64,000 nt of DNA, taken from the NCBI GenBank assembly GCA_944323345.1, contig CALUSC010000006.1, positions 17,539 to 81,538 of the forward strand. The letters run 5' to 3'. A model generated the notes under the pieces. The model saw only the letters and a program-made list of their open reading frames with translations. It was not told the origin of the DNA and ran no database searches. Of this stretch, positions 39,134 to 48,537 are shown piece after piece. A program made the translations under genes and the position numbers. Within the stretch, counting starts at the first letter, position 1. Every line of letters starts with the position of its first letter. Source of the DNA: an uncultured Bacteroidales bacterium. GTDB taxonomy: Bacteria; Bacteroidota; Bacteroidia; Bacteroidales; UBA932.

Positions 39134-40450
39134 CTATCTGCCGGCTCCGATATATTCTTTCAGTGACGAAATGTTGATTTCGATACCGAAATTGAGGTTT
39201 ACCAGGCCGTCGTAATATGTTTCGCGCAAGCCTCCGCTGCTGAGATAATCGGATTCGAAGTCTATATAATAAGGTGTCAGGGAAAATCTCGGTTCTATGT
39301 ACAGTGCCAGAAAGTCCAGTATCCTGTATCTGAGCTGCAGCGCTGCCGTAGGGCCGAGATACATTTTGCCGATTTCCCTGGACCTGTCATCCTTGTACAG
39401 GTATCCGCATTCGGCGCCGAACAGTACAGGCACGGAAAATCCGCTTTTCTCTTCCCATCCAGGAATCATCATCAGAGGGTCGAATCGCCCTTCCACACGA
39501 AATCCGAGATAACGGCTGGCTCTCAGCGAGCCGTCGATATCCTTGATCCACTTGTCGGTGGAATAGAACGCCGAAGCCTGCATGGCGAAATAGTCAGTCA
39601 CCCAGTTCCCGACAGTCAGGTATGCATGCGGGCCGAGTGCGTTGAAAATACCGATTTCATTCACCACCAGGTCTGAATTCTGCATCTGAGGCCCTGCCGC
39701 GACAGCCAGGTATGTGCTTCCGTTCCTCTCTCTCGGAGGCGCGGCATGGCGGACTTTGGACCTGATGTTCACGTTCAGTCCGGCAGCTATGCCGTATTCC
39801 AGGTCGTAATGATGCCAGTTCATGGCTCCTGAATGGTCTATCGCATCTGTATGCAGTATGATACCCGGCTCCAGATACAGATCTACCGCGTCCGAAAGCC
39901 TTATGTTGAAATTCAGCCCCACATTCACCCCGATGGCGTGGCGGACATCGGTTTCTCCGATGGAGCAGTTGTACATCAGCCCTTCGACAGTAGAAAGTTC
40001 GAAGAACCTGCTTTTACGGTATCCTCCGAGATAAGAACTGATATTGAACATGTGGCTGATGCCTGCGCTCGCTACATGGAAATCATAAATATCTCTTTTC
40101 CTGGTAAATCTGTTCCAGGAGAAAGAGACTCTGAGAGCATTGTATTCATTGATCCACTTTCCGAAATGCAGCGCCGCGGTCGGTCCGTACCCGAATTCTG
40201 TCTCGCCCCTGTTCAGCATGTCCATCAGTCCTCCCTGTATGCCGATGAACGTATTGTCTATGAACTTTTCATTCACAAACGGGTCGTTCTTCGGCCTGTA
40301 TCTCCTCTGGAGACTGTAGTCCAATGCATTGAACTGCTTTACAGTATCTTCCTGCTGTCCGGTCTCCGCAGCAGTCTCCCGGGCGGAGACTCCGGCGGAA
40401 AATACCGGCAGCAATGCCGCGATGAATATATATGCTCTCTTCAAGTCCAT
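39134..40450 (-). CDS. Outer-membrane protein with two tandem beta-barrel-like domains (pilus cluster)
   Basis: Signal peptide; two repeats of a GP...GxW...YxEP...G pattern of amphipathic strands. Confidence 0.65.
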   Translation of the reverse strand: MDLKRAYIFIAALLPVFSAGVSARETAAETGQQEDTVKQFNALDYSLQRRYRPKNDPFVNEKFIDNTFIGIQGGLMDMLNRGETEFGYGPTAALHFGKWINEYNALRVSFSWNRFTRKRDIYDFHVASAGISHMFNISSYLGGYRKSRFFELSTVEGLMYNCSIGETDVRHAIGVNVGLNFNIRLSDAVDLYLEPGIILHTDAIDHSGAMNWHHYDLEYGIAAGLNVNIRSKVRHAAPPRERNGSTYLAVAAGPQMQNSDLVVNEIGIFNALGPHAYLTVGNWVTDYFAMQASAFYSTDKWIKDIDGSLRASRYLGFRVEGRFDPLMMIPGWEEKSGFSVPVLFGAECGYLYKDDRSREIGKMYLGPTAALQLRYRILDFLALYIEPRFSLTPYYIDFESDYLSSGGLRETYYDGLVNLNFGIEINISSLKEYIGAGR

Positions 40451-40462
40451 AAACAGTCAATA

Positions 40463-42745
40463 TCAGTAAAGGCTGCCGCTCTTGTACCTGCTTTCGGCGT
40501 CCTTGTAAATGTCTTTGTTGATATCCGCGTCGCCTGAGGCAATCCCCACGTATTTTTCATCCTTGAAGAAAGACTGGGTCAGGAAATCTCCTGCCGTCAT
40601 CAGCGACATGATATCATTTGGGTCAGCCTCGAACTTGCGGCTGTAAATCACGGCCCAGAAATAATCTGTCAGGGCATCGTCCTGAGGCAGTTCCGACATT
40701 GCGCGCTCTGCCAGCGCATTTCCTCCTGCAGAGTTCATGGCCAGGTACATCACCACACGGTTCCTCGGTGACGATTCCTTGACTATGTCGAAAGTCTTTT
40801 TGGCCTCTTCGCGTTCCTGCTGGTTCCGGCCGCCCTTGTAATATCCTCCGAGACACATGGTGAATGCCTTCAGCGTCCTGTTCCTGTCATTGTCCGGAAG
40901 CAGCTGCGCCATCACGCTTGCACGCTTGAAGTTGTTGTCCCGCAGGAACATGCACAGCTGGTTCGCAACGACGGCCTCAGGATTCACTATTTCGCTGGTG
41001 ATACCGTTCATGTGCATGATCTTCTTGTTCACCGTATGTACCCTCGTGTCTATGAACGGAGCCAGAATCGTGGTGTCCACTATCCCTCTTTCGATGTATG
41101 CAGAAGCCAGGTTGTTGGCGGCGAGCACCCATCCTTTCGGATATACTTTCTTCGAATCTTCGTATGCCCTCTTGTAAAGCTCGAAAAGTTCGTCCTTGTC
41201 CTTCACCATCTGGAACAGATGCCAGTATTCGTAGAGGGCGAATGATTTCCGGCCGCTCCTGTACTCTTCGTCATGCTCGTATCTTTCCAGAATCTCGGCA
41301 GGAGTCAGCTCCCTGTTTATTTCCTGGACATAGGAGTATTCGATGGACCTTAGCTGCGGCAGGTAGTCTACGACAGTCGGCCTGTAGAACTTGAGCGCGC
41401 GGATCAGCCTTCCCTGCCTGTCGTGGCTGTCCGGATTCTGCTCTATGATTTTGTATATGGCATTGGCTTCAGCCACCAGTGAGTCGGCCATCATCAGGTC
41501 TGCCACATCTTTCCATGGGGCGACCTCGGCTCTGGTAGTCATGTAGACACGGTCCCTCACGCGTTTGGGCAGGACTGACGTAATCTGTCTCAGCGCGAAC
41601 TGCATTCTCTGTTTGGCCAGCTGCAGGTTCTTCGCATAGGTCCCGTCCGGAGACGAAACGCCGATGATGTGGAATTCCTTCAGCTGCGTGTCCTCTCCGT
41701 GGACGATGTCCAGCAAGTCCCTTTTCAGGTTATCCATGTAGAACCGGTTCATCGTATCCGCCTCGTCCAGTTCCGCCTTTCCGATCTTGAACGTGAGGGA
41801 TATCTTGTCGGCAGTGTTTCTTCTTTCCTTCTGGGCTCGCTCTACATAGTCATTCGGGTCCAGATCCCTGTTGGTGAGGGAATATTCCAGGAATTTCAGC
41901 GGCCTGCGCACCCTTGCCGATGCCAGTTCGTAGTCTTTCTCGAAATAAATCACATTATAATCCTCGAACCGTACCACACCCCTGACAAAATAGCTCTTGT
42001 TCGGGTCCTTGAGCTCGATGGTATCGGTCCACGGGATGTTCATCCTGTCGGATGTCAGTTCTATGTCCCGGACATAAGGTTTCAGCGGGTCTGTGCAGTC
42101 ATCGAATCCCATCCTTCTGTCCTGCGTCATCGCGTATTCCTTTCCGTCCACCACGTATGGCCTGAGGCATTTCAGGGTGTCCTTTGTCTCTCCGTCCAGG
42201 AGGAACGGCTGCAGGATGAGCCTGGCATTGGCCTTGCCGTTGTTTTTCGGTATAGGAATGATAGCTTTTACTCTCAGACTGTTGCCCTCTATTTCGGGAT
42301 TTTCCGGCATAGGGGCGATAGTGGTGAGGTCGGCGGACTTTACGGCAGACTTGAGGATGTTGCCTCCTACCAGGGCCACATTTATTTCCATCCTGAAGTT
42401 CACTTTCTCCAGGATCGGTTCGTCTGCCATCTCGGCCTTGAATATCAGGGCCCCGGTCTCAGGGACACGTATCTGGTAGTAGCCGTTGTTGTCGGCGGTC
42501 TCGTAGTTGTTCGCGAAGATGGTTCCTCCGTCCTTGATGCCGGGAAAAGCGTCCTGGGCCTCGGCTACGGTATTGAACGAATAGATGAACACTGCCACGT
42601 CATTGCCGAACGGCATGTTGGTGGTCTTGTTCACTATCCTGCCGGAAATCACTTTCATTTCCTGCCCGTATGCGCAGATGCCTGCGCCGAGCAATGCACA
42701 TGTCACTGCGAATCTTATCCAGCGAGAAATTCCCATTTCTGTCAT
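40463..42745 (-). CDS. Large exported protein with DUF3868-like and OmpA-like domains (pilus cluster)
   Basis: Signal peptide; IIGVSSPDGTYAKNLQLAKQR OmpA-like motif; AANNLA TPR-like segment; ATGA overlap with the upstream gene. Confidence 0.65.
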   Translation of the reverse strand: MTEMGISRWIRFAVTCALLGAGICAYGQEMKVISGRIVNKTTNMPFGNDVAVFIYSFNTVAEAQDAFPGIKDGGTIFANNYETADNNGYYQIRVPETGALIFKAEMADEPILEKVNFRMEINVALVGGNILKSAVKSADLTTIAPMPENPEIEGNSLRVKAIIPIPKNNGKANARLILQPFLLDGETKDTLKCLRPYVVDGKEYAMTQDRRMGFDDCTDPLKPYVRDIELTSDRMNIPWTDTIELKDPNKSYFVRGVVRFEDYNVIYFEKDYELASARVRRPLKFLEYSLTNRDLDPNDYVERAQKERRNTADKISLTFKIGKAELDEADTMNRFYMDNLKRDLLDIVHGEDTQLKEFHIIGVSSPDGTYAKNLQLAKQRMQFALRQITSVLPKRVRDRVYMTTRAEVAPWKDVADLMMADSLVAEANAIYKIIEQNPDSHDRQGRLIRALKFYRPTVVDYLPQLRSIEYSYVQEINRELTPAEILERYEHDEEYRSGRKSFALYEYWHLFQMVKDKDELFELYKRAYEDSKKVYPKGWVLAANNLASAYIERGIVDTTILAPFIDTRVHTVNKKIMHMNGITSEIVNPEAVVANQLCMFLRDNNFKRASVMAQLLPDNDRNRTLKAFTMCLGGYYKGGRNQQEREEAKKTFDIVKESSPRNRVVMYLAMNSAGGNALAERAMSELPQDDALTDYFWAVIYSRKFEADPNDIMSLMTAGDFLTQSFFKDEKYVGIASGDADINKDIYKDAESRYKSGSLY

Positions 42746-43329
42746 TTTATAATATAACAAATAGAAACACCGAGTTCGACAGGGAACATCTTGTATCCCC
42801 AGCCGTTGGTCCTGACGGCCTCGTCTACGAAATAATCGTCGTAGTTGTCATTCACGTAATATTGCTTCTGCCGGAAGCCGACCAGCCCGAAACTTCCTGA
42901 AAGCTCTATGTTCCAGCGTCTGCCGATGGAAAAGACATATCCTCCGGTCAGGCCGATGCCTATGGCGTCGCCGTCGAATACCGACCGCTTCCAGGTGATG
43001 TCGTATGTAGTCAGCAGCATTCCCACTCCGATGTATTCACGGGTCATCGGACGTCCGTTGAACCAGTACTTGAATTCAGGCTGGAATCCGAAAAGCGTAG
43101 AGGTGATCCCGTACGGATTCTTGTGCCCGAAAGCAGAGAAATCCGCACTCGTATGCTCCCCGGTCACGATTTCGCAGCCGAGGTTTGGAGTGAGGGCTCC
43201 CAGCATCAGGGCATTGGTCTTCACGGCTATCTGCTGTCCGTGCATCTGCCCGATGCCTGCAAACAGCAGAAATGCCGTCAGGACCCATGCGGTCCGGGAA
43301 AAATGTCTGGAACGTGCTTTCCGAGTCAT
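42742..43329 (-). CDS. DUF3575 outer-membrane beta-barrel protein
   Basis: IAVKTNAL...TPNLGCE, QPEFKYWF, GLTGGY, RWNIELS. Confidence 0.88.
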   Translation of the reverse strand: MTRKARSRHFSRTAWVLTAFLLFAGIGQMHGQQIAVKTNALMLGALTPNLGCEIVTGEHTSADFSAFGHKNPYGITSTLFGFQPEFKYWFNGRPMTREYIGVGMLLTTYDITWKRSVFDGDAIGIGLTGGYVFSIGRRWNIELSGSFGLVGFRQKQYYVNDNYDDYFVDEAVRTNGWGYKMFPVELGVSICYIIK

Positions 43330-44576
43330 TTCAGTGCTTGTTTCCGTGGGTCCCAGGTGAAGGTGGCTTCTTTCCCGTCACCGAACTCGTTCAGTTCAGT
43401 CGCGATTTCGAAGCTCACGGCATCATCGATGGTGATGTTTACCGTGTATTTCTTGCCGGCCTCGAAAACGGTCTTGCCTTTAGGCGGAGTCACGGTCGCC
43501 GTCTTTACCACAGTGCTTCCGGTCAGCGTCCCGTCGGAAGAGCAGGTCCCCAAAGTCACATCCATCTTGAATTCGCTTACGGGATGCGCCTCGTCTCCCG
43601 GAAATACTATGAATTTGGACAGTTCGGTATATTCCGTGCCCAGGGCAATGTCGGAGAAGTCCGTCTTTTCTCCGTTCTCTCCGCCTTTCAGAGTGATGGT
43701 GGTCTCGTCAGGTTCCCCTACAGGCTCCATTTTTCCGCTCATGTTCCCTGATGTCCTGCTGTCGGCTACATACAGGGTGGCAGATGTGTAGACGTCCTTG
43801 AGCTCCACTTTCACTACCCTTACACTTGATGCGTCGGCCGTAGAGTTCGCCTGTATGGCCAGTGCTGTCAGCAGGTGCCTGAATACGAGTTTCGGTTTGT
43901 AGTCGGTGTAATACTGAGAACCTTCCTCATATTTTTTCAGAAACCTTATGTATCCGCCGTTGAAGCCGAGCTCTCCTGGATACGACTTGAATCTGTAGGC
44001 ATCATCGTATGCATACAGGACATCCGTGTTCCCTAACTCGTATGTGACCGAATAATAGTCTCCGTCGGAGCCTGACTGACCCCTCGTACTCTCCATGTAG
44101 GGATAGTAGCTGTAAAACGAATACTGGTATGTGTCATCGAGAGGATAGAACTTGTCTTTCAGTTCGATGTATCCGTTGCTTCCCGTAGTGACTTTCTCAT
44201 TTGTCAGGAGCAGGCTTTCCCTGTCCGCCAGTCTCCATGTCTGCGGGTACTGGTGGGTGTTGAACACGTTGTCCTGCGGTTTCCCGGATTCTGCAGGTTC
44301 ATGGTCATCGGTCACGGCCAGGGCGAATATCCCGACATCCAGGCCGGATATGGCAGTTCCATCTATAACGCCTGGCTTTACGGCCTTGGTCTCTGACGAC
44401 ATCCCGTAGGAGGCGAATGTTATGGGCACTCTCTGTGACGGGTCGTTTACCCATGATTCTTCTCCGGACGTAAAATCATTCGGGACTGCGGCATCGTTTT
44501 TAGAGCACCCTGCTGCCGATAGCAGCAGCAGAGCGCCTGAAAATAATCCGCAGATATTTGAAACTTTTCTGATCAT
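43326..44576 (-). CDS. Fimbrillin (type V pilin, Mfa-like) lipoprotein
   Basis: Lipobox AAGC; VPITF...TKA; GIFALA; YSFYSYYPY; FRHLLT; FEAGKKYTV. Confidence 0.85.
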   Translation of the reverse strand: MIRKVSNICGLFSGALLLLSAAGCSKNDAAVPNDFTSGEESWVNDPSQRVPITFASYGMSSETKAVKPGVIDGTAISGLDVGIFALAVTDDHEPAESGKPQDNVFNTHQYPQTWRLADRESLLLTNEKVTTGSNGYIELKDKFYPLDDTYQYSFYSYYPYMESTRGQSGSDGDYYSVTYELGNTDVLYAYDDAYRFKSYPGELGFNGGYIRFLKKYEEGSQYYTDYKPKLVFRHLLTALAIQANSTADASSVRVVKVELKDVYTSATLYVADSRTSGNMSGKMEPVGEPDETTITLKGGENGEKTDFSDIALGTEYTELSKFIVFPGDEAHPVSEFKMDVTLGTCSSDGTLTGSTVVKTATVTPPKGKTVFEAGKKYTVNITIDDAVSFEIATELNEFGDGKEATFTWDPRKQALK

Positions 44577-44591
44577 GTCGTGTATCAGGTT

Positions 44592-45749
44592 TTATTCCGC
44601 GAGGGACGGATAGACAGTACCTCCGTCCACCCAGTCCTTCAATGTGTAGGTAACTTCTATGCCGAGTGCCTCATCGAGTTCGAATACGACATCGTATCTG
44701 GTCCCGGCCTTGAACAGGTCTGATTTTTTTATAGTATATTCTTTCGTGGTCTGGTTGCTGAAGTCTTCGCCGTTCCAGATGCCGAAAGTGATTTCCAGGG
44801 TATATTCGGCGGCTTCGAGTACCAGAAACTCGGACAGATAAGTCTCGTCTCCGTTCAGGGCTACATCCGAAAAGTCGGTCGTCATGTTCTCCGTTCCGTC
44901 AGTTCCGATGTCCTTTTTCAGGTTTATGACACCGATACGGTTTCCTACCAGTTGTCCGCTGAGATTCCCTTCCGCCCGGCTGTCGGCTATGTACAGGTAT
45001 GCATCGTTATGGGTATTCTTTATTCTCACGAACTGCACCCTGACATTGCTGGTCCCTTCCGTGAGGTCCTTGATCCTGGCATTGATTTTCAGCCTCGTCA
45101 GCATGTGGTTGAACGAAAGATTCGGTTTGTGGAGTTCATAGTAGTTGCTCGTGCTTTTCAGATACCTTATGTATTTTGCGTTGAACCCTATGTTGTTTTC
45201 CTGACCACTGAATCTTTTGGCATGGCTGTATCCGTAGATAATATCTGTATACCCGATGTCAAACAGGACTCTGGCATAGTCCGAATGCATATCGACAGTT
45301 TCGGAGTAAGGGTAGTAGCTGAAGAAAGAGTACGAACGGTCGCTGTCTACCGGATAGTATTTCACTTCGTCCATGATGATGGAACCATCCGTATTTGTAG
45401 TGGCGTGTTCGTTGTTCAGGAGAACTGTCCCGGTGGTGCCTGTATTCCAGATTTCCTTGTTCGGTCCGGAATAATAGCCTGTAGTTCCAGGGCTCCCGTC
45501 TTCTACGGCCAGGGCGAAGATACCTATGTCGAGATTATCCATGACTGTCCCCTCTATCGAACCTGACGGGGTAGCCTTGGTCTTTACGCTTGAGGACGAA
45601 AATTCGATAGGTACCGGCAGCGTGAGATCGTTTACCCACGCATCCTTCGATGGTTGAGGATCATCTGTGACCTCGACCGTACTTTTGGAGCATCCTGCTG
45701 CAGTCAGCAGCAGGGCGCCCAATATAAGTGTCTGTTTCAGATTCAGCAT
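44592..45749 (-). CDS. Fimbrillin (type V pilin) lipoprotein
   Basis: Lipobox AAGC; VPIEF...TKA; YSFFSYYPY; FNHMLTRL; FKAGTRY; LKDW. Confidence 0.85.
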   Translation of the reverse strand: MLNLKQTLILGALLLTAAGCSKSTVEVTDDPQPSKDAWVNDLTLPVPIEFSSSSVKTKATPSGSIEGTVMDNLDIGIFALAVEDGSPGTTGYYSGPNKEIWNTGTTGTVLLNNEHATTNTDGSIIMDEVKYYPVDSDRSYSFFSYYPYSETVDMHSDYARVLFDIGYTDIIYGYSHAKRFSGQENNIGFNAKYIRYLKSTSNYYELHKPNLSFNHMLTRLKINARIKDLTEGTSNVRVQFVRIKNTHNDAYLYIADSRAEGNLSGQLVGNRIGVINLKKDIGTDGTENMTTDFSDVALNGDETYLSEFLVLEAAEYTLEITFGIWNGEDFSNQTTKEYTIKKSDLFKAGTRYDVVFELDEALGIEVTYTLKDWVDGGTVYPSLAE

Positions 45750-45787
45750 AGTCCTATGCTTTTTTTATGGTTTTATATGACAGGACT

Positions 45788-47050
45788 TCAGTTCTGTGCT
45801 GAAGGCTTCTGGTCATCATCCTGTCCGATGTTGATTTCGTCACCATCTTCCCATGCGGCAAGTGTGGCCTTGATTTCGATTTTTTCGAGAGAGTAGACGG
45901 TAATGATGACATTGTAGCTTTTCCCGGCTTCGAATTGTGCGTTTTCAGCCAGCGTGAGTACTTTTTCTATATCAGCTATTTCGGCGTCTATTCCTGAGGC
46001 TTCATTCATCTGGGTCTGGATGGTAATATTGTATGAAGTTTCGCCAGGAATTACCATGATGCTTTCTCCTGCTTTCACGCCGGTCTCTGCTCCTACTGTA
46101 GCGTCAGTCAGGGATACAGGCTGGAGGGCTGTGCAGGTCTCGCTGTCTGCTGCACGTTCCATCAGAGTGAATGTGGCGAGAGGGTTATTTGTCTCATCGA
46201 AAGGCAGAGCCGTGATCGTACCCTTGTCTTCTCCTGCTATGCCCAGGAAACCTTTTGAGTTCGCCTCGATGGAAATGCCGGTCACTTCTACATTCTTGGA
46301 AGCATCGGTACCTGGTTTGATTTCGAAGGTGAAGCGGGTGAGTTCATGTGCGAACTGGAGGTTCGGCTGGACACCGCGGCGTGCTGCGTATGCACTGTAG
46401 CAGTCTGCTGCGTCCACTTCATTGTTTTCGGAGGTTTCATTCAGTTCATCTTTGCTTTTATCTGCTTCGGCAGTCATGATATCCTGTGCGCCGTTGATGA
46501 TGAACGGAATGTATACGCCTTTCTTCAGGGTGACTCCGCTTACCGGAGTGGTTGCGGATTCTGTGGTCACTACTGTAGGAGTAGGGTCTGTGTCGGCGGT
46601 AACAGGTGTCCATGTCGTTCCTTCTACTGTAGCTGCCGCGTTATCGATATAGTAGCCGAAGAAGTCGTATGTATTGTTCCCCTGATAGTAGAAAGGTTCT
46701 GTTCCTGCACCATCGGCGCTTTCAGGGTCAAGTACTGTCAGAGTCTGCTCAGTACCTCCTGTAGCTTTGTTTGTAGTGGCCTTGACGTTGTAGATAAGGG
46801 TAGTGGCCTCTCCTTCAGAGTATTCTGCCGCATTTGTCTGGTATCCGAATATATAGAGGTCATTCGTTCCCCATGCTTCGAGAGAGCCGGCAGATTTTAC
46901 GGCTACATCGAATTCCGGCTGTCCGAGTCCGAACTGTACTGCTACCGGTTTGGTGTCATCTATAGGCGTGATGTCTGTCTTGACTTCAGTCTTCTGGCAT
47001 CCTGCTGCTGCCATGAGCAGGGCTGCTGATAAAAGTATGTACTGTTTCAT
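45788..47050 (-). CDS. Fimbrillin (type V pilin) lipoprotein, candidate major subunit
   Basis: Lipobox AAGC; YDFFGYY; QDIM; FAHELTRF; FEAGKSY; LAAWEDG. Confidence 0.85.
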   Translation of the reverse strand: MKQYILLSAALLMAAAGCQKTEVKTDITPIDDTKPVAVQFGLGQPEFDVAVKSAGSLEAWGTNDLYIFGYQTNAAEYSEGEATTLIYNVKATTNKATGGTEQTLTVLDPESADGAGTEPFYYQGNNTYDFFGYYIDNAAATVEGTTWTPVTADTDPTPTVVTTESATTPVSGVTLKKGVYIPFIINGAQDIMTAEADKSKDELNETSENNEVDAADCYSAYAARRGVQPNLQFAHELTRFTFEIKPGTDASKNVEVTGISIEANSKGFLGIAGEDKGTITALPFDETNNPLATFTLMERAADSETCTALQPVSLTDATVGAETGVKAGESIMVIPGETSYNITIQTQMNEASGIDAEIADIEKVLTLAENAQFEAGKSYNVIITVYSLEKIEIKATLAAWEDGDEINIGQDDDQKPSAQN

Positions 47051-47122
47051 AATCTGTGGATTTAATTGGTTTATAGTATTATAATATTCTTATTTTATGC
47101 TTGTGTATATGTGTCGGCGACA

Positions 47123-48475
47123 CTACGGCACCGGCACCTCTTCCTGGTCAGGATTTTCATCACCTGTGTCAGGGACTTCAGGTTCTGTCCCCGGCTCTTC
47201 TTCTGCGCCCGGCTCTTTCCATTCGTCAGGATCGATGGCTACGGAACCGCCGTCTTCCCATTGGGTCAGGGTGACTGTCGGAACTACGGATTCCGGACCA
47301 TAGATGGTAAGGGTAACGGTATAGGATTTCCCTGCCTCGAATTCCGTAACTGTGCCTCCTGTGACAGCCGCAGGTGTCAGTGTGTATGTCTGTGCCGGTA
47401 TCGGAGTATGTACGCCATCCTGACTGGTCTGTACGGTCAGGATATACTGCTCTTCTCCAGGTATGACCATTATGCTTTCGCCGATTTCTTTTGCAGTCAC
47501 TGGTGTATCGGCATCGGTGTATTCGGCCGGTTGTGCATGCGTAAGGGCCTGGCAGGTACCGTCTGCGCCTGTTTCCATAAGGTTCATGGCTACAGGGTTA
47601 TTGTCAGTCGTGGCTTTTACGATTCCTCTCGTATTGTCACCGCCTGCTACGCAGAGGTATCCCTTGGAAGGAGAGGTGAGGCTGATGCTTTCTACGAAAA
47701 CAGTGTTTCCGGCGATGGAGCCTGACTTGATTTCAAAAGTAAAACGGGACAACTGGTGCTGGAAAACCAGATTCGGCTGGATTCCCCTGCGTGCAGCGTA
47801 TGCACTGTAGCATCTGGTAGAGTCTACGCCTGAGGTCCCGACATCGGTTTTCCTTTCAGCCTTGGCTATCATGATGTCCTGAGAGCCGTTTATCTGGAAC
47901 GGGATGTAGACGCCGTCATTCGCGAGGTTGGCTGCAGTTATTGCAGGATCGGCCGTGCCTCCAGTCACGATGACCGGTACAGGGTCTGAATCTGCAGGGT
48001 CGAGGGCTGTGAAATCCGCGTTCACAGCGGCATCGTCTACATAGTAGCCGAAGAATTTGTAGATATTGGAGCCCGAGTAGTAGAACGGCTCCGTAACAGT
48101 CTGCGGAGTCCCTGCAGGATCTTCATACGGTACTTCGTGTTCCACTGTCAGCTGCTGCTTCGTGCCGTCATATCCTTCATCTCCGCTTGACAGTGTGGTG
48201 GCCTTGATGTTCGGAATGAATGCGTCGTCCAGACTATAGTCTGGTGCGGCAGTATCATATCCGAGTATGTAGAGAGAATGTCCGTTCCATGCTTCTATCG
48301 AGCCGACTGATTTCACGGATACGTCGAATTTCGGCTGTCCGAGACTGAACAGGACAGGGACCCTGTCGTCTCCGGTTTCGTCCCCGGGAGTCACGGTAGT
48401 CGTGACCTCGGCTTTCTTGCAGCCTGCTGCCGATATGACAGCGGCGAGGGCAAGTAAGGAATAAATCTTTTTCAT
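47123..48475 (-). CDS. Fimbrillin (type V pilin) lipoprotein with acidic Pro-rich tail
   Basis: Lipobox AAGC; YKFFGYY; QDIM; FQHQLSRF; FEAGKSY; LTQWEDG; paralogue of 45788-47050. Confidence 0.85.
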   Translation of the reverse strand: MKKIYSLLALAAVISAAGCKKAEVTTTVTPGDETGDDRVPVLFSLGQPKFDVSVKSVGSIEAWNGHSLYILGYDTAAPDYSLDDAFIPNIKATTLSSGDEGYDGTKQQLTVEHEVPYEDPAGTPQTVTEPFYYSGSNIYKFFGYYVDDAAVNADFTALDPADSDPVPVIVTGGTADPAITAANLANDGVYIPFQINGSQDIMIAKAERKTDVGTSGVDSTRCYSAYAARRGIQPNLVFQHQLSRFTFEIKSGSIAGNTVFVESISLTSPSKGYLCVAGGDNTRGIVKATTDNNPVAMNLMETGADGTCQALTHAQPAEYTDADTPVTAKEIGESIMVIPGEEQYILTVQTSQDGVHTPIPAQTYTLTPAAVTGGTVTEFEAGKSYTVTLTIYGPESVVPTVTLTQWEDGGSVAIDPDEWKEPGAEEEPGTEPEVPDTGDENPDQEEVPVP

Positions 48476-48537
48476 TGCTTTAATTGTTAAAAAGGTTAAT
48501 TATATGATTTCAGTTTCTTGTCCTTGTTTTCCGTATG

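Noticed and set aside
47123-47220. VPDTG in a pilin tail resembling an LPXTG sortase signal
   Set aside because: There is no following hydrophobic segment or basic tail, and the host is a diderm with lipoprotein pilins.
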